This document shows positions 40,512 to 49,245 of a stretch of 64,000 nucleotides of DNA, piece by piece. The notes below the pieces were generated by a model. It had not been told where the DNA came from. It saw only the letters and a list, made by a program, of their open reading frames with translations, and did no database searches. Made by a program: the position numbers and the translations under genes. Source of the DNA: a virus; the IMG/VR virus record IMGVR_UViG_3300032304_002326, positions 1 to 64,000 of that record. One strand, written 5' to 3'. The first letter of the stretch is position 1. Each line of letters begins with the position of its first letter.

Positions 40512-42299
40512 TTATCTTAATTCGTTGATATTGAATGTAGGTACACCGTCCACTTTTACATGACCATAGAACCTATTATTCACAACTTTCTTCGCATATC
40601 TAGTCATGATACCTTTAACTGGTGCGAAGTTGAATGGATTGTACATTGTAGGTGTAAGTTGCATTGGCACGTATGGTGCGTAGATGTAACCTGTATCTAA
40701 CAATGATTTTCCTTTATGACCGATAATCGCTGAGTAGAAAGGTGCATATGGGTCACGGTACACTTGGTAACGTCCGCTTAATGAACCGATTCTTTCAATA
40801 CCCATGTTGTATTGGTCTTGCTCTGGGTTAGCATCACTTACGTGGAAGTATTCTAAATCATCCATGATTGCAGATATTTCAGAAGATACTACGATAAAGT
40901 TAGCACCACCTCTAAGAGTTGATTTGTGAATTTGAGCTGAAATTTGGTTAATTCTAGTAATGAAAGTTTGATTCCACTCTTTTTGTGTATATGGTGATGC
41001 AGCAGAAGAAGCTTTTCTCCATCCGTTGTAATCCCATCTTAATTGCCATGCAGCAGCTTTTCTTAAGTCTCTTAAGATTTCACGGTCAATTTCAGCAGCA
41101 ACTTGCTCAGAAAGCATTGCAGTTAATTCAGCTTCAGCATCGATGTTGTGGAATGCACTAACGTCTTGCGCTAACTCTGGAGACCATGTAGCTCTTAATT
41201 TTCTTTCTTCTACAGAAACAACAACTTCATCCAATTTGAATGATACTTCACCCATTTCAGTTTCTAACTCTAATGAATCGTAACGACCCCAAGCGATAAA
41301 GAAATCAGCAGCAGTTTCAGTTGTACCAGTAGTACCAATATAACCATCATAAGTTGATGTAGTACCAACTACTGGGTGTGTTAAATCCATTTCAACATAA
41401 AGAAAACCTTTAGCATCACAGATATCTTTATAATCTACGATACCTCTACCATATTTTTGAGTTACTAATCTAAAAGGAACTTGAGAACCTTGAGCGATAA
41501 TTACATTACCATCTGAGTCTAATAAATCTACGTTAGAAACAATGTTTAAAGATGCTAAGAAAGCTTCTGAATCCATTTCATTTCCGTCTGGACCTGTTAA
41601 TCTACCAGCATTAACTGAAGAGAAACCAGAGATAGCCATAATAGCGTTTCTTAAAGTTCCGTCAGTTGCTAATGGTAAAGCACCAAAGTTAGCAGCAACA
41701 GTAAATTGACCATTAGTACCTAATGTTTGTAAAGCACCAAAACCAGCAACGATATTTAATGTACCTTTAGAATTATCAAATAATCCGTCATTGTAGAAAA
41801 TATCATATAAGTTTTTACCTTCAAATGGAGTCATAACACAGTTACCTAATGTACTAACACATGATGGTAATTGGTCACCCATTGAAGTGTGTGCAGAATA
41901 TACAGAGTTTTCACTACCGTAAATATAATCGTTAGTTCCAGGATTTCCTAAACCGTCAACTCTAGATGATGTAACTGGTACGAAGAAGAACAATTTACCG
42001 ATTGGCATGTTCATAGCTTGTACAGATACTACATCATTAGCTAATAATTTAGAGAATACTCTTCTTACGATTGGGAAAACTACAGTTTCAAAAGAACCTG
42101 ATGACGTAGAGTCAGTAGCTTCTGTTAAAATTGAAGATGCTTGGTTTTCATATAACTGAGCAACGTTTTCTTTAACGTGGCCTTTAAGACCTTCTAAGAA
42201 TCCTAATGATTCCCATTTTGATTGGGTTTGTCTACGGATTTCCTTCATGTGGTTTAATCCGATGTTCCCAACTTGTCCTGAATTTAAAAATTGTGACAT
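40512..42299 (-). CDS. Major capsid protein (T4 gp23-like)
   Basis: PIVRRVF, VSVQAMNMPIG, RKLRATWSPELAQDVSAFHNIDAEAELTAMLSEQVAAEIDREI, GYIYAPYVP, GIMTRY. Confidence 0.95.
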   Translation of the reverse strand: MSQFLNSGQVGNIGLNHMKEIRRQTQSKWESLGFLEGLKGHVKENVAQLYENQASSILTEATDSTSSGSFETVVFPIVRRVFSKLLANDVVSVQAMNMPIGKLFFFVPVTSSRVDGLGNPGTNDYIYGSENSVYSAHTSMGDQLPSCVSTLGNCVMTPFEGKNLYDIFYNDGLFDNSKGTLNIVAGFGALQTLGTNGQFTVAANFGALPLATDGTLRNAIMAISGFSSVNAGRLTGPDGNEMDSEAFLASLNIVSNVDLLDSDGNVIIAQGSQVPFRLVTQKYGRGIVDYKDICDAKGFLYVEMDLTHPVVGTTSTYDGYIGTTGTTETAADFFIAWGRYDSLELETEMGEVSFKLDEVVVSVEERKLRATWSPELAQDVSAFHNIDAEAELTAMLSEQVAAEIDREILRDLRKAAAWQLRWDYNGWRKASSAASPYTQKEWNQTFITRINQISAQIHKSTLRGGANFIVVSSEISAIMDDLEYFHVSDANPEQDQYNMGIERIGSLSGRYQVYRDPYAPFYSAIIGHKGKSLLDTGYIYAPYVPMQLTPTMYNPFNFAPVKGIMTRYAKKVVNNRFYGHVKVDGVPTFNINELR

Positions 42300-42328
42300 A
42301 ATTTTTTATTTTTTTTGTTTTGTTATTA

Positions 42329-43717
42329 TTATCTTTTTTCGACTCTACTCATTAAGTCTTTTATTCTTTGAGTTTCTTTGTCGATGTATGCGGTAGACTC
42401 ATTTAATTGTTTTGACACACCGCTTGAAACGTCTTTATTTAATTTTCTATCGATTGATTCATTCATTGGTTTTCTAGAAGACAATTCATTAACAATCGTT
42501 TTGTATAACTTTTTTGATTCTTTAAGAGTTGAAACTTCTTCGTCAAATCTTTTTAAGATTGACTGTTTCTCATCTTTAGTTGTAGTTTGTTCCATAAATA
42601 ACTTAGTTACATAAGTTAAGTTAGAGTTAAACACAACTGTTTCTGCTAACATAGTTCTAAATGTTTTAAGAGCTTCTTTGTATTCTTCATTTCTACCTCT
42701 TAAATCTCTAGCTTCCGCTAACAATGTATTATATTTGTTTGCAACCTCATTGATTGTCATTGTTGGTTTTTTAGACTCGTTTTGTAACTTAGCATTTGTG
42801 TGTGATGTTGCAACTTTAGCAACTTTACCACCAACATATCTAGTTTCATCAACCATTTCTTCTTCTTCTTCAGTTTTCTTAACACCTGACATACCTTTAG
42901 GTAAATCAGTTGGTTGTGTTTCAGCGTATTCTTCCAAATCACCTTCAGACATAACCATGTCACCTTCAGCGTGAGCATATTTTACAGCATCATCATCGAA
43001 TCCACCATCTAAATTATCACCAGCCCAGTTATCTTTACTTGCATTACCAAGTGGGGCTTTTTTACCATCAATGTTTTCCATTTCTTCAAGTGCAATTTCA
43101 TACATAACCTCGTCAACTTCTTCTTCTTCACCACCAAATTCATTAGCACCAAATTCATCAGCACCAAATTCATCAGTACTAATTTCAGAACTATCAAGTT
43201 CAGATGTACCACCATTAGTTTTAATGATAAATTTTCCTGGTTCATTTACTGATAATTTAATATCACCAGTTTCATCGTCAACAACAACTTCGATTTCGCT
43301 ATCACCAGTTAACTCTTTGTAAACCTTGATAACGTCATCATCGGACGCTTGAGTCATATCTCTTACTTCTGTGTCTCCTCCAAGCGGTTCAGCGCTCATT
43401 CCCATATCGTCACCACCATTTAGGTCGTCACCTTCTTCTGAGTCATCAGATGTAAATTTAGAATCGTCAGCAACTTCTTCTGAGTCATCAGCTGCATCAT
43501 CAACAACTTCATCATCAACTGTTACATCAACATCTTCTGTTTCTTCATCAGCATCTTCTTCAACATAACCTTCTTCCAAAGATTCTTTCACTAGTCCGTC
43601 AATTTCTTCAATAGCTACACTACGAAGTATTTCTTTTGTGTTGGCGTTAAGTGCCTCTTGGATTCTCTTTGCATCCAAAAGAGCGCTTTCAATAATTGAT
43701 TTATTTTTTTCTGCCAT
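42329..43717 (-). CDS. Prohead core/scaffold protein (gp22-like)
   Basis: Very acidic with a coiled-coil C-terminus; lies between protease and capsid genes; many LxE sites. Confidence 0.75.
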   Translation of the reverse strand: MAEKNKSIIESALLDAKRIQEALNANTKEILRSVAIEEIDGLVKESLEEGYVEEDADEETEDVDVTVDDEVVDDAADDSEEVADDSKFTSDDSEEGDDLNGGDDMGMSAEPLGGDTEVRDMTQASDDDVIKVYKELTGDSEIEVVVDDETGDIKLSVNEPGKFIIKTNGGTSELDSSEISTDEFGADEFGANEFGGEEEEVDEVMYEIALEEMENIDGKKAPLGNASKDNWAGDNLDGGFDDDAVKYAHAEGDMVMSEGDLEEYAETQPTDLPKGMSGVKKTEEEEEMVDETRYVGGKVAKVATSHTNAKLQNESKKPTMTINEVANKYNTLLAEARDLRGRNEEYKEALKTFRTMLAETVVFNSNLTYVTKLFMEQTTTKDEKQSILKRFDEEVSTLKESKKLYKTIVNELSSRKPMNESIDRKLNKDVSSGVSKQLNESTAYIDKETQRIKDLMSRVEKR

Positions 43718-43824
43718 TTTTTAATGTTTTTTAAAATATTATTAAAGGGAAATACCCCTTACTTGTTTATAAATATGTTTATTTTATCAAAAAGCTAAAT
43801 TTTTAAAAAAAAATTGTTTTTTAA

Positions 43825-44526
43825 TTAATCTAATAAAAATTTATCTAAACCATCGATTAATGTATTTTTTTTATTTTCTACTGATTCAACAAATGGTCTA
43901 GCTTCCATTTTATCTTTAAACATCCATGAACCAGGTGTGCTAGGTGCGGTTACAACATCCCAACAAATAATTTCAAAATCCTCTTGAACTATGTGGTCAT
44001 CACCAACTTCCCTTAATGAACCAACACCTCTAGATGATACACCAATCATAATATTATTTCTTAAAAGATTGGCAACTTCATCACCTTTAGTTGATACAAT
44101 TCCATAATTAATATATCCTGGAGTCATTAATATTTCCATTTTACCCATTAATGTTTTACCTTCCCACCAAGTTTCAATTATATTGTGTGATACTCTATCA
44201 CCAGCAATAATTGAAGACTCTGGGTGGTCTAATTCACCAATAGCTCTTCTTTCTCTAATTAATTCTTGATATCTATCAACTTCTCTTTTTAAAATAGATT
44301 CTGGGTATATTCTACCATTTCTATTTTTTACACCATATTTCTGTAAGACTACATAAACCACTAATGGTTCGTGAACTGATGGATGTATACCAGATTCTAA
44401 TTTTTTCATCTCAGTTACGAATGGTTTATTTCTTTTATCATCTGGTGAAATATAACCAGCATCAGATTCAATCATAATCATTCTTTCACCAGTAATATTG
44501 GTTTTATTTATCTTGTAATCACTCAT
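43825..44526 (-). CDS. Prohead maturation protease (T4 gp21-like)
   Basis: KNRNGRIYP, GELDHP, VSH, GVSSRGVGS, DVVTAPS. Confidence 0.93.
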   Translation of the reverse strand: MSDYKINKTNITGERMIMIESDAGYISPDDKRNKPFVTEMKKLESGIHPSVHEPLVVYVVLQKYGVKNRNGRIYPESILKREVDRYQELIRERRAIGELDHPESSIIAGDRVSHNIIETWWEGKTLMGKMEILMTPGYINYGIVSTKGDEVANLLRNNIMIGVSSRGVGSLREVGDDHIVQEDFEIICWDVVTAPSTPGSWMFKDKMEARPFVESVENKKNTLIDGLDKFLLD

Positions 44527-44527
44527 A

Positions 44528-44788
44528 TCAATTAATTTTTACCCATTTATAATTATAGTATGTCCTATTTTCTTTGTTACAAACATTAGATATACTACTT
44601 TGTTTTATTTTTAAAGTATTACTGTATTTAGATTTTCTAATATGTTCTTTAAACCTTACATCAATATTATTTGATTTACCAATATATCTAACTAAATTGG
44701 TTAATGGGTCAACTAACATATAAATGTAAACTACATTTAATTTATTTTCCACACTTTGACCAGCCTTTAATATTTTAATATCTGACAT
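44528..44788 (-). pseudogene. Internally deleted GIY-YIG endonuclease fused to the probable original protease N-terminus
   Basis: MSDIKILKAGQS (cf. protease MSDYKINK), then VYIYMLVDP...RYIGKS...RFKEH joined directly to a NUMOD1 end (ISNVCNKENRTYYNYKW); the catalytic Glu region is missing. Confidence 0.7.
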
Positions 44789-44823
44789 ATTGTTTTTTTA
44801 TTAATAAATATATCATATAAAAC

Positions 44824-44848
44824 AAAAAACCCCGAACTAATTCGGGGC
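44824..44848 (-). terminator. Intrinsic terminator
   Basis: ccccgaa-ctaa-ttcgggg with A run (T run on minus strand). Confidence 0.7.
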
Positions 44849-44852
44849 TTAC

Positions 44853-45296
44853 TTATTTTTTACTTTTATGAAATTCAAAGTGTGATGAATTGTCAAATAC
44901 CTTTAATATTATATCTCCAGTTATTTCTTTAATGCAATCCTTTATTTTTTTATCTTGTATTTTAAAATTATTAAGTTTGAATAATGTAATCTCACAATTC
45001 ATATAACTCTTTTTATCAAAAGATATTCCAGAGTTTCGCATATCTAAATCAACTATTGTTCTATTGATATCAAATAATGTACTATCCAAGTTATCAAATA
45101 GTGTTGTTTTAATTTGTTTATTCATTTTTCTGATAATATCAGAATAGTTAATATCTCCATCAACAATTGGTTTACCCCATGCTGATATTGTTAAGTACAT
45201 TGATTTTGGATTTTTATTGTCTATTGTTCCAGTAACAATTTTATAATTCTTAAATAAATCTAATTTCATTTGTTTTCCCGTTTTAAGCATACCCAT
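44853..45296 (-). CDS. Hypothetical protein (head module)
   Basis: 147-aa ORF. Confidence 0.6.
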   Translation of the reverse strand: MGMLKTGKQMKLDLFKNYKIVTGTIDNKNPKSMYLTISAWGKPIVDGDINYSDIIRKMNKQIKTTLFDNLDSTLFDINRTIVDLDMRNSGISFDKKSYMNCEITLFKLNNFKIQDKKIKDCIKEITGDIILKVFDNSSHFEFHKSKK

Positions 45297-45333
45297 ATTT
45301 TTTATTTAAGTATACTCAAAATATTTCAATTAG

Positions 45334-45729
45334 TCAAGACCTATTAACTCTACCGATGAACACTAAACCATTAATTTCTGGGAAATATTTACCCTTCCAA
45401 GTTACCTTAAGATTCTTACCATCTTTCTTAATTAATTCTGATGTAAATGAATCAAATTTATTATCATTTTTTTTAATTCTATCAACATTATTTAAGACTT
45501 TATTTAAATCATATTTAGGTATAATATTTTCCCAACCTAAACCAATACAGTGTTGTTCACTAAATCCAGTAACTAACTCCCAGTCACCATTAGCGGCAAC
45601 AAATTTATCAGTTATACTAGATTCAATAAATCGAATAACATAATCATTATGTTTTTCTGACAATCTATCAACCATCTCAAGTTGTTTTAGTTCTAATTTG
45701 GCGATAGTAAGTTGTAATGTAGTAGTCAT
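45334..45729 (-). CDS. Stand-alone PAS-domain protein
   Basis: FVAANGDWELVTGFSEQHCIGLGWENIIP...IKKDGKNLKVTW...LVFIGR. Confidence 0.7.
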   Translation of the reverse strand: MTTTLQLTIAKLELKQLEMVDRLSEKHNDYVIRFIESSITDKFVAANGDWELVTGFSEQHCIGLGWENIIPKYDLNKVLNNVDRIKKNDNKFDSFTSELIKKDGKNLKVTWKGKYFPEINGLVFIGRVNRS

Positions 45730-45741
45730 AACATTATTATT

Positions 45742-46050
45742 TTATTTATTATTGTTATTAGAACAGTTATTAGATAATTCAGCTATTTTATCATTAATAT
45801 GATTAATGATTGTTTCAATAACTTCTTTATTATTTTCCTCGTTTGTCTTAATAACATCTTGCAAACCTTTAGATGCGTCATTCAATAAGGGTAACATTTC
45901 TTTTAGTTCTTTAATTCTATTTTCTTGTTCAATCTCTAATTTATTAATAATACCTTTTTTTTCGTTTTGTATACTTTGCAACCAAAGCCACATCACGTAA
46001 AAAGTAACGCCAGCACTACCAAATATCTGAACCAATGAATTCATTTCCAT
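45742..46050 (-). CDS. Single-TM, coiled-coil protein (holin-like)
   Basis: LVQIFGSAGVTFYVMWLWL then a charged coiled coil. Confidence 0.5.
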   Translation of the reverse strand: MEMNSLVQIFGSAGVTFYVMWLWLQSIQNEKKGIINKLEIEQENRIKELKEMLPLLNDASKGLQDVIKTNEENNKEVIETIINHINDKIAELSNNCSNNNNK

Positions 46051-46051
46051 A

Positions 46052-46828
46052 TTAATTATCCGTTAAAGTATTTTTTAATTCTAAAACTTTTGAGACATCA
46101 TTTAAAAATGTTTCTACATTGTATTCTTTTTCTAATAATGTTTCTTTTGTTGCTAATAACTTTTCTTTAATATTACCAGATGATTCTGAAAGTCTTTTGT
46201 TAATTAAATCTAAACATTCTCTAACGCTTTTTTTATATAAACCCTCTTGCTCAGTACCATTAGAACCAATAACAACTGAAATTAATTCTTTTTCTGATTC
46301 ATTTAATTCAGAATATTCTTCATTGAATTTATTAACAGCTATTTCAGATAATACACTATTCGGTAATCCATAACCACCATCAATAGATTCCACTTTTTTA
46401 TTGTTTAATATGTAATCAACGATTTCATTCTTAGCCTCAACAATCACATCAATTGTTCTTGTTGATTTTTTAGTTAAAATTAATGTATTAATATTTTCAT
46501 ATAATTTGGATTTTAATCCATTATCATATGACAAACTCTCGTTAATAATAGGTCCAGCTAATTTTTCATTAGCTTCTTTAATTTCTTTTTTTGTGAATTT
46601 ATCTAATAGTGATATACACTCATTAACATATTCAATAGCTTTAAATTTATCAGACTCAATTTTATTCTCAATATTATAATAAACATCGAATTGAGTTTTT
46701 AAAACCGCACTCTCTTTTACTGTCTTAATATACTTCTTAAATGCAACTTTTTCTTTGCTACTATTTTTAGAAATGCCCTCAGCTAATAGGGTGTTGTATG
46801 TATATTTTATCTTACCAAAATTATCCAT
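46052..46828 (-). CDS. Hypothetical head-module protein
   Basis: 258-aa helical ORF directly downstream of portal. Confidence 0.6.
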   Translation of the reverse strand: MDNFGKIKYTYNTLLAEGISKNSSKEKVAFKKYIKTVKESAVLKTQFDVYYNIENKIESDKFKAIEYVNECISLLDKFTKKEIKEANEKLAGPIINESLSYDNGLKSKLYENINTLILTKKSTRTIDVIVEAKNEIVDYILNNKKVESIDGGYGLPNSVLSEIAVNKFNEEYSELNESEKELISVVIGSNGTEQEGLYKKSVRECLDLINKRLSESSGNIKEKLLATKETLLEKEYNVETFLNDVSKVLELKNTLTDN

Positions 46829-46870
46829 AGTATTTTTTAATATAAATATAATAAATTAGGTCAAAAAGTC

Positions 46871-48916
46871 TTATTCATCCAACATTCTATCAATGTCTTT
46901 GATAACACTATTAATATCCTCATTTATTTTTAAACTTTTATCATAAACTTTAACTCTCTCATTTAATACAATATCATCTTCTTTACTAATTGAACCAACT
47001 AAGTTGTTAAAAAGTTTATCACTCGGTTTTTTATTTTTAGGTTTAACCTTACCTTTATCATCACGCTCAATTAGTAAATTACCTTTTCTTTTTCTAGATT
47101 CAGCCATTGGTTCTGGGGCTTCAGCAGCAGCCTCAGGTGCAGCAGCTTCACCACCTTCAGGTGCGGCCTCACCACCCACCTCTTCTGGAGTAGCTTCACC
47201 ACCAGCTTCTTCTGGTGCCTCACCACCTTCTTCACCACCAAAGTCTAAACCACCGCCGCCGAAGCCACCGCCGCCTCCACCACCAGTTGGTCCACCACCT
47301 TCATCAGCACCTTCTTCACCACCCTCAGCACCAGACATTGCGGCATCCATATCACCATATATTGAATCAACTTTATCAAACGTACCAGTATGTTTAATAA
47401 CCTGACCAGTATTCTCAAGTTCAGCTGCTGCTGCTTTTTCAATTCTTTGTTCAAGTAAATCTTGTTTGATTTCATCATCACTCCAACCAAGTATTTCTCT
47501 ATGTGCTCTAGTCATAGACATTGGTGCAAACCCATTACCAGCATCAGATACAGCATCTTTATATAATGTCATCTTCATCTGTAATTGCTCAATTTTAAGT
47601 ATTTCAGCTTGTGTTGATGGATTGTTAAGTGTTAGTGTAAAATTATCTAAATCATCTTCAAACCCTAAAAGGTATAAATGGATAATTGCAATTTTATTTA
47701 ATTCAGCCAACATAGCTTGTTGGATTCTATTTATTGTTCTAGAAAATCTAACATCTTGTAATGATAAATTTTTACCTTCACCTTGAGCTTCATCGTAATT
47801 TAAGAATTGTTTAGGAACCCTTAGTGCGGTAAATAATTTTCTTTGTAGATATTGTATATCAGCAATTTGGTCTAAGTTAGAAGCACCAGCTAATGTATCA
47901 ATAGGATTCGGAGCATTTTCATCTCTTACTGGAATAAAATAATCCTGGTCATTCGATAATGTATTATATCTTAAATCCACTTGACCAGTTTGTGGGTCAA
48001 CAATTGGTGTTCTTTTAAATCTATTGGCAATCTCATCAACGTATGCTGGTACATCTTCCTCGTCAATATTACCAACAAATATTTTATATACTCTCCTTTC
48101 TGGTGCTCTAGTTACACGATAAACTAACATAGCATCTTCAGATAATTGTAATTGTTTCCAAATTCTTCTAGCTTTTTCAAGCATTGAAGTACCATAAGGT
48201 AATCTTCTATCATCACCAAGTAATCTAAAATGTGCAATTTGCCAAGAATTAAACTCAACATCTCTACCTCTCCAGAAGAATTTAACTTTACCAGTAGTTT
48301 CCTTAACATCTTCAACATTAATTCTATTTCTACCACTAATTAAAGTATCAATAATATCACCTTCACGTCTTTCAATCTCAAAGTTTGGTAATTGTCTACC
48401 ACCAGTAATCCCATGTTTATCATCGATATTTAATAATACAAAGTTATCACCGTATTTACATGTATTTCTAGTCCACATAGGTAAAGAAACGTGAATATCT
48501 AACCTATTAAAAAATAAATCTTCTAAAACACCTTTAATTCTATTACTATCAGAATATACATTTAATATTTTACCTTTATCATTTGTTGTTGTAGCTTCTT
48601 CCATCATTACATCTAATGCAGCTGCAATTTCTGGGTAAAACTCCATACTCTCAAAATCAGTATATGAACCAATCCTAGTTGTTTCATAATGTATTGATTG
48701 TTGAAATAATTCACCATCAACTTTTCTCCAAACATTTCTTAAATATTTGTTTTGTTGATTTTGCAATTTAACAGAATCAAATTCTTCTTTAGATTGTGTC
48801 TTTATTAATACATCATTATTTATTGAATACTTATTAGACTGTTGCTGAGGTTGTTGTTTAATACCATCTGGCCCAAGTATGACGTTCAATCTTTGAAATA
48901 TAGTTCTTTTTGCCAT
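46871..48916 (-). CDS. Portal protein (T4 gp20-like)
   Basis: YPEIAAALD, YGTSMLEKARRIWKQL, EDAMLVYRVTRAPERRVY, DYFIP, IDTLAG, LFTALRVP; acidic Gly-rich tail. Confidence 0.95.
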   Translation of the reverse strand: MAKRTIFQRLNVILGPDGIKQQPQQQSNKYSINNDVLIKTQSKEEFDSVKLQNQQNKYLRNVWRKVDGELFQQSIHYETTRIGSYTDFESMEFYPEIAAALDVMMEEATTTNDKGKILNVYSDSNRIKGVLEDLFFNRLDIHVSLPMWTRNTCKYGDNFVLLNIDDKHGITGGRQLPNFEIERREGDIIDTLISGRNRINVEDVKETTGKVKFFWRGRDVEFNSWQIAHFRLLGDDRRLPYGTSMLEKARRIWKQLQLSEDAMLVYRVTRAPERRVYKIFVGNIDEEDVPAYVDEIANRFKRTPIVDPQTGQVDLRYNTLSNDQDYFIPVRDENAPNPIDTLAGASNLDQIADIQYLQRKLFTALRVPKQFLNYDEAQGEGKNLSLQDVRFSRTINRIQQAMLAELNKIAIIHLYLLGFEDDLDNFTLTLNNPSTQAEILKIEQLQMKMTLYKDAVSDAGNGFAPMSMTRAHREILGWSDDEIKQDLLEQRIEKAAAAELENTGQVIKHTGTFDKVDSIYGDMDAAMSGAEGGEEGADEGGGPTGGGGGGGFGGGGLDFGGEEGGEAPEEAGGEATPEEVGGEAAPEGGEAAAPEAAAEAPEPMAESRKRKGNLLIERDDKGKVKPKNKKPSDKLFNNLVGSISKEDDIVLNERVKVYDKSLKINEDINSVIKDIDRMLDE

Positions 48917-48966
48917 AATTAATTTATTTTATATAATTATAATGAAATAAGATTAAAATTAAATGC

Positions 48967-49236
48967 TTATTGCACATAATCACACTCCACATAAGCTAAA
49001 TGTTCCATTACACCATTTACAACTAGTAAATTATATACGTATCCAGTTATATTATCATAACCTTGTGAACCTTTTTTAGCATTACAGAATGGTTTTGGTA
49101 TACCACCTTTAGCCAGGTTACCCCCAGATTGTTTATCTATTGATGTATCAACACAAAATCGATAAATCTGAGTTGGGTTTTTCCCAAAATTAGTATTTCT
49201 AGTAAAACATCTTTTGTTAATTCTATCTTTACCCAT
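48967..49236 (-). CDS. Small hypothetical protein
   Basis: 89-aa ORF between terminase and portal. Confidence 0.5.
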   Translation of the reverse strand: MGKDRINKRCFTRNTNFGKNPTQIYRFCVDTSIDKQSGGNLAKGGIPKPFCNAKKGSQGYDNITGYVYNLLVVNGVMEHLAYVECDYVQ

Positions 49237-49245
49237 TACGTTTAT

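Noticed and set aside
39587-40580. Capsid 3'-end duplicate as a DGR template/variable repeat pair
   Set aside because: Differences are all synonymous and not adenine-specific; no reverse transcriptase in the window.
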